In this document: piece by piece, positions 58,023-64,000 of the stretch
How positions within the stretch are numbered: the first letter of the stretch is position 1
Layout of the letters: every line of letters begins with the position of its first letter
IMG/VR virus record: IMGVR_UViG_3300033073_001271
Location: 9,824-73,823 of that record
DNA length: 64,000 nucleotides
Source of the DNA: a virus
Taxonomy: Duplodnaviria > Caudoviricetes
Reading direction: 5' to 3' (one strand)
Position numbers and translations under genes: made by a program
Notes under the pieces: model-generated
Told to the model about the DNA's origin: nothing
Databases searched by the model: none
The model's input: only the letters and a program-made list of their open reading frames with translations

Positions 58023-58238
58023 TTAATAAGGTAAGCCAGAAGGTGTAGAATAGTAGTAACGTGGACGATCAAATCTGTTTGTAAATCTTGTATCAAATTG
58101 TGATACGGTTAAACCTTTATTTACAGGTGGATTAATAGTTTGATAAGCTGTTGGAGCTGCTAATTGAGCCTGAAGAACAATACGCCCTTCATTTGGCTGA
58201 GCATTTCCAGAAATAATTTTTTGTGTAACGTCTGCCAT
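58023..58238 (-). CDS. Small hypothetical protein
   Basis: AGGAG RBS and tight spacing on both sides. Confidence 0.55.
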   Translation of the reverse strand: MADVTQKIISGNAQPNEGRIVLQAQLAAPTAYQTINPPVNKGLTVSQFDTRFTNRFDRPRYYYSTPSGLPY

Positions 58239-58250
58239 TTATATCTCCTA

Positions 58251-58775
58251 TTATGAAAAGTAGCCAGCACGATAATCGACATATCCACGGTTGGCACTGT
58301 CTGCGCCCGGCGAATATGGAGAAAGGATAGATTTTCCGAAACCCAGTTTTCCAGTTTGATATGCGAGTTTGACATCATCGTATTTTTTAGTTAGATCATC
58401 ATTAACAATTTTTAATCCTGCAACTACTCCTCTCATATCAAGAGAAGATGCGCCATCTCTAATAGAAAATGCTTTTAAAGCATAAGTTCTAAGAAGACTA
58501 TTGGTTAATAATAATCCAGATCTTAGACAGCATAAAGCTATGAAGTCATCATCTTTATTACTTGGAGCAACAGCAGTTAATGTAGGATCTGGAGTTAATA
58601 TACCATTATCTACTTCTATGGTATAATCAATATTAAATTCCATTTCCATATGCAATAGCTGCGCTGCTACGAGAATAGATTCTTCTATTCTGGAATCTGA
58701 AAACAGTATGCTATCAGTGTCTAAATCACCGATAATATGTCTAACTATAATTACCATCTCATTTTGCCAAGGCAT
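58251..58775 (-). CDS. Putative head-tail connector/adaptor
   Basis: Helical N-terminus VRHIIGDLD....FSDSRIEE typical of adaptor proteins, plus position. Confidence 0.6.
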   Translation of the reverse strand: MPWQNEMVIIVRHIIGDLDTDSILFSDSRIEESILVAAQLLHMEMEFNIDYTIEVDNGILTPDPTLTAVAPSNKDDDFIALCCLRSGLLLTNSLLRTYALKAFSIRDGASSLDMRGVVAGLKIVNDDLTKKYDDVKLAYQTGKLGFGKSILSPYSPGADSANRGYVDYRAGYFS

Positions 58776-58776
58776 A

Positions 58777-59082
58777 TTATATGTTCCTATAGACTTTAAA
58801 TTTTTGAATATCGGTAGAGAAGACGCTAATTGTAAAATCTACTTTTGCTTGGATTTGCCACGTACCAACTTGATCTAAATCACCAGCAACCGTTGTATAT
58901 CTTATATTTCCATCTGTGCCATCTGTAATTAATGACGCTGTTTTGATAAGATCGCTGCCGTCTGGTTTTTGAAAAATAATATAAATATTATCAGCACTTG
59001 ATACGTTTAATGGACTTGAACCATTCATAACGGTTATATTAAAATTAACACCTATATCGCCATAATGTATCTCAGAGGCCAT
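58777..59082 (-). CDS. Stand-alone BppU-N-like Ig domain protein
   Basis: GDIG..F.ITV......IIFQKPDG...DGTDG.IRYT..GDLDQVGTWQIQAKV. Confidence 0.7.
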   Translation of the reverse strand: MASEIHYGDIGVNFNITVMNGSSPLNVSSADNIYIIFQKPDGSDLIKTASLITDGTDGNIRYTTVAGDLDQVGTWQIQAKVDFTISVFSTDIQKFKVYRNI

Positions 59083-59554
59083 TATTTATATTCCTTTACT
59101 GTATTCATAATTAGATTAACAGATGGCACAACATATAAGATGTAATCTATATCAGTTGTTAAATAACATGTAGTATCAAAACTTGAATTACCAACTGCCA
59201 TATTAAAATCTCCTGCCATCATAGTTGTCAATAAATAACTTTGTTCTGTATCAACATAAGATGTAAAGTCAAGTTCTTGGGTTGCATATAAAATTGACTC
59301 ATCAACTGTATTAAGTGTCATGTCATAATTTATATCTGTTGTCACGTATACAATATGATACACATTTATGTTGCGGATTGGATATAAACTAGAAGAAAAA
59401 TCTGCAAGACAATCAAACTGAGATCCATTATACATCTTTTGAATTGGATATGGTAATAAATTGCCTTCACAATTCAAACCAATAGATGCATATAGTAGAT
59501 TAATTCCACCGAGTGTTGATATTGGATTTGTTGATAGTGGATGAAATCCTAGCA

Positions 59555-59555
<1 letters not shown>
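59082..59555 (-). CDS. Hypothetical virion-associated protein
   Basis: MLGFHPLSTNPIS N-terminus, in the fibre cluster. Confidence 0.5.
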
Positions 59556-61687
<2,132 letters not shown>

Positions 61688-61701
61688 TTTATTTTCCTAT
61701 T

Positions 61702-62463
61702 TTATGGGAATTTATAATATGAATTCCAGTAATTGTTTAAATATTTTTTTAAGTTTGTTATATCTGCCGCAGTATATGATGAGCATACAATTAGTTCGCC
61801 AAAATAAGTAGCGAATCCATAGCCTGTTCCACCGCGTTCAGCAGCGGCCAAATATCCTAAAGCAGCAGATGGGGCTGCCATAGATGTTGTTATAGTTGTT
61901 GTACCCCAAAAATTATTATGAGATCTAAATGAAGTAGAAGATACTGATTCTATAATTTCTAGATTAGTAAGTTGTGATGTAGAATAAGCATTAAGAATTG
62001 AATTAATACCATAACCAGAACCAGTCGAATCTTGTAAGTTATAACCATCTGTTTGAGCTAAATATCCTATTTTTGTAGTTGTTCCTTGTCCATACAATGC
62101 AACAAATGCTCCCGGAGATGAAACGGACATTCTAAAGACAACTACAATTAAATATGATCCTCTAGTTAATGCTGGCATATTAGATGATGTTTGCATATAA
62201 GCATTAGAAAACTGATCGAAATATATAGAAGGTTTTCCGCAACCTGTAGATGCGTTGTATGTTATAGCAGTAGATCCATTAGCATTGGCTATAAGATTTC
62301 TACCTTTACCACTTAAATCAGTCCACTGTGCTTTTGTAGTAGCAGTTCCGGCAGTAAAACCTTGGTCTCCTCTCACCCATAATTCTAATCCTGATAGTTG
62401 CGCTGGAGTAAATGAGAATGCCGATTTTTTAGGAAATCCTCTTGTCGAAGGAAGTATAATCAT
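61702..62463 (-). CDS. LamG/concanavalin-A-like domain protein
   Basis: FTP..LSGLELW..GD....WTDLSG.GRNL ... GELIV.......I.NL..YL...W pattern. Confidence 0.7.
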   Translation of the reverse strand: MIILPSTRGFPKKSAFSFTPAQLSGLELWVRGDQGFTAGTATTKAQWTDLSGKGRNLIANANGSTAITYNASTGCGKPSIYFDQFSNAYMQTSSNMPALTRGSYLIVVVFRMSVSSPGAFVALYGQGTTTKIGYLAQTDGYNLQDSTGSGYGINSILNAYSTSQLTNLEIIESVSSTSFRSHNNFWGTTTITTSMAAPSAALGYLAAAERGGTGYGFATYFGELIVCSSYTAADITNLKKYLNNYWNSYYKFP

Positions 62464-64000
62464 GTTGATACATTTCCTCCAACTACATATTCATTAGCAG
62501 TTCCTGTGTTTAAAATACTAATCATCGCCCACTGTTTTGCTGTTTTAGCTCCGTCTGGTGCATATCCATTAACCCCAGCTCCAGATCCAACAGTAACCTG
62601 TCCAGCGCCCTTCTGTACTACTGAGCAGTTAAATCCTATGATTAATCCGCTTGGTATAGTCAATGTAACAGCGCTTGCAGATGTAGAAACTATATTAGCT
62701 CCATTATCTGATTGTGCTAAACTTCTACTACCAGTAGCTACTACCGTTGTAGCCGAAAATCTTGATAATTGACCATCTGCAAAATATGAATTGCCGCTAG
62801 GATCAACAGAATATAATATTGTCGATGATGAATTCTGTACTTCTAAAAGATTAGCAGTTTGAGATGCAGCGCCCTGAATTAACATTGGTTTTGCAGTACT
62901 AGACTGAGCTTTTACCGTTCCTAAATATAATGATCCCGGTATGTAGACTGAGCCATTATTTGTTCCACTTCCAAGAACTACAGTTCCTGCTGTTGTAGTT
63001 CCTGCGCCACTCCCACAGGAGATATATACATTTCCAGCAGAACCAAAGTTCGAAGCAAGATTTATACAAGAAATAAAAACAGATCCTCCATTAGTGTTAC
63101 TACTTCCCTGTGCATAACTAATATATGTAGTTCCACCTTGAGAATTTGCAGAAAAAGCAGAAGCTGATGATATGTAAGTTGTACCACCATATCCATTTCC
63201 TTGAGATGTATTAGCATCAGATATTCTGCAAATACCTCCATAGCCATTTCCCTGTGGTCTAACAGATCCAACATTAACATTCCCTCCATAAGCAGTAACA
63301 GAAGAAGTACCGCTGGCACAACCTAAATCAACCTTACCGCCTTGACTTGTACCTCCTGTATTCCAAGCAGAAGAAAATGCAGAATCTCCACCAATTGCAC
63401 TATTCAATCCTCCTATAGCACATCCTCCAGATATTCCGGGAGCATATGGATTAGCATTTGTTACACTTCTAACGCCCAATATACATCCACCATTATTATC
63501 TACATAGAAAAATGGATCAGTAGCTAAATACGCTAAAAATTCAATATAATTAGCTTGTGCAATCATGCCCTGATTACTAGATCCTCGAACTCTAATACCT
63601 TTTCCAGTATCAGAATAACTACCAATTACTGTAGTAATATCTAAGTGTGCGCCAGATGCAGTTGAAGTATTTATAGTTAGTCTTCTTGTAGATGTGTCTA
63701 TTGCTGCAATAGATTGTCCTTGAAGATTGCTTGTATCTCCATTATAGATTGGAATATATGTTGAAGTTCCAACTGCAATAGTCCCCGGTCCAGTTGCGCC
63801 TGTCAAACCAGTGGCTCCTGAGTTTCCAGCAACTCCAGTAGCACCTGTAGCACCAATATTACCAGTAACTCCAGTAGCACCTGTAGCACCAATATTACCA
63901 GTAACTCCAGTAGCACCTGTAGCACCAATATTACCAGTAACTCCAGTAGCACCTGTAGCACCAACATTACCAGTAACTCCAGTAGCACCTGTAGCACCAA
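62460..64000 (-). CDS. Fibre/spike protein with collagen-like repeats (5' end beyond window)
   Basis: Frame is open from 63998 through ([12 protein letters not shown])n. About nine GG.V.I beta-helix-like repeats and a C-terminal [19 protein letters not shown] domain. Confidence 0.8.
   Translation of the reverse strand, partial: GATGATGVTGNVGATGATGVTGNIGATGATGVTGNIGATGATGVTGNIGATGATGVAGNSGATGLTGATGPGTIAVGTSTYIPIYNGDTSNLQGQSIAAIDTSTRRLTINTSTASGAHLDITTVIGSYSDTGKGIRVRGSSNQGMIAQANYIEFLAYLATDPFFYVDNNGGCILGVRSVTNANPYAPGISGGCAIGGLNSAIGGDSAFSSAWNTGGTSQGGKVDLGCASGTSSVTAYGGNVNVGSVRPQGNGYGGICRISDANTSQGNGYGGTTYISSASAFSANSQGGTTYISYAQGSSNTNGGSVFISCINLASNFGSAGNVYISCGSGAGTTTAGTVVLGSGTNNGSVYIPGSLYLGTVKAQSSTAKPMLIQGAASQTANLLEVQNSSSTILYSVDPSGNSYFADGQLSRFSATTVVATGSRSLAQSDNGANIVSTSASAVTLTIPSGLIIGFNCSVVQKGAGQVTVGSGAGVNGYAPDGAKTAKQWAMISILNTGTANEYVVGGNVST
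63835..64000. repeat. 36-bp tandem repeat (4 full copies plus a partial, runs off the window)
   Basis: Unit ccagtagcacctgtagcaccaatattaccagtaact at 63835, 63871, 63907, 63943 (one substitution) and 63979 (partial). Confidence 0.97.

Noticed and set aside
63835-64000. 36-bp repeat as a CRISPR array
   Set aside because: Units are directly adjacent with no spacers and encode in-frame collagen triplets.
63803-64000. 65-aa ORF ([10 protein letters not shown]...)
   Set aside because: Alternative frame of the tandem repeat. The collagen frame continues into 62460..63806.

Overview
This is a densely coding, AT-rich segment of a large tailed dsDNA phage genome (standard genetic code, no tRNA or CRISPR found), made of two convergent modules that meet at a bidirectional terminator near 25.0 kb. 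The + strand (1-25000) carries nucleotide metabolism, replication and recombination genes: RNR alpha C-terminus, PhoH, RecA, dUTPase, DnaB, primase, dNMP kinase, a PD-(D/E)XK nuclease, a DnaE polymerase split into two genes around a DnaQ-like exonuclease, and SSB. These are followed by an 8-gene glycosyltransferase/nucleotidyltransferase cluster, a NUMOD3 endonuclease and a Sak/Rad52-like protein. The - strand (25128-64000) carries virion genes: collagen and beta-propeller fibres, neck proteins, tail tube (no sheath seen), three chaperone-region genes, a 2633-aa tape measure protein (TMP) and large, partly Cys-rich tail-tip proteins. Six observations stand out. (1) The TMP is punctuated by repeated di-glycine/DTVPAMLTPGE cassettes that flank a possible restriction-endonuclease-fold cargo domain. 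(2) Ser-Gly dipeptides are enriched in exterior virion proteins and the collagen is Thr-rich and Pro-poor, which together with the glycosyltransferase cluster suggests virion O-glycosylation. (3) DnaE is split without an intein. (4) A tail-tube paralogue sits between nrdA and phoH. (5) A 17-bp candidate late promoter occurs three times. (6) The TMP leader contains a terminator-like hairpin. All family assignments come from motif recognition by eye, and all counts are hand counts.
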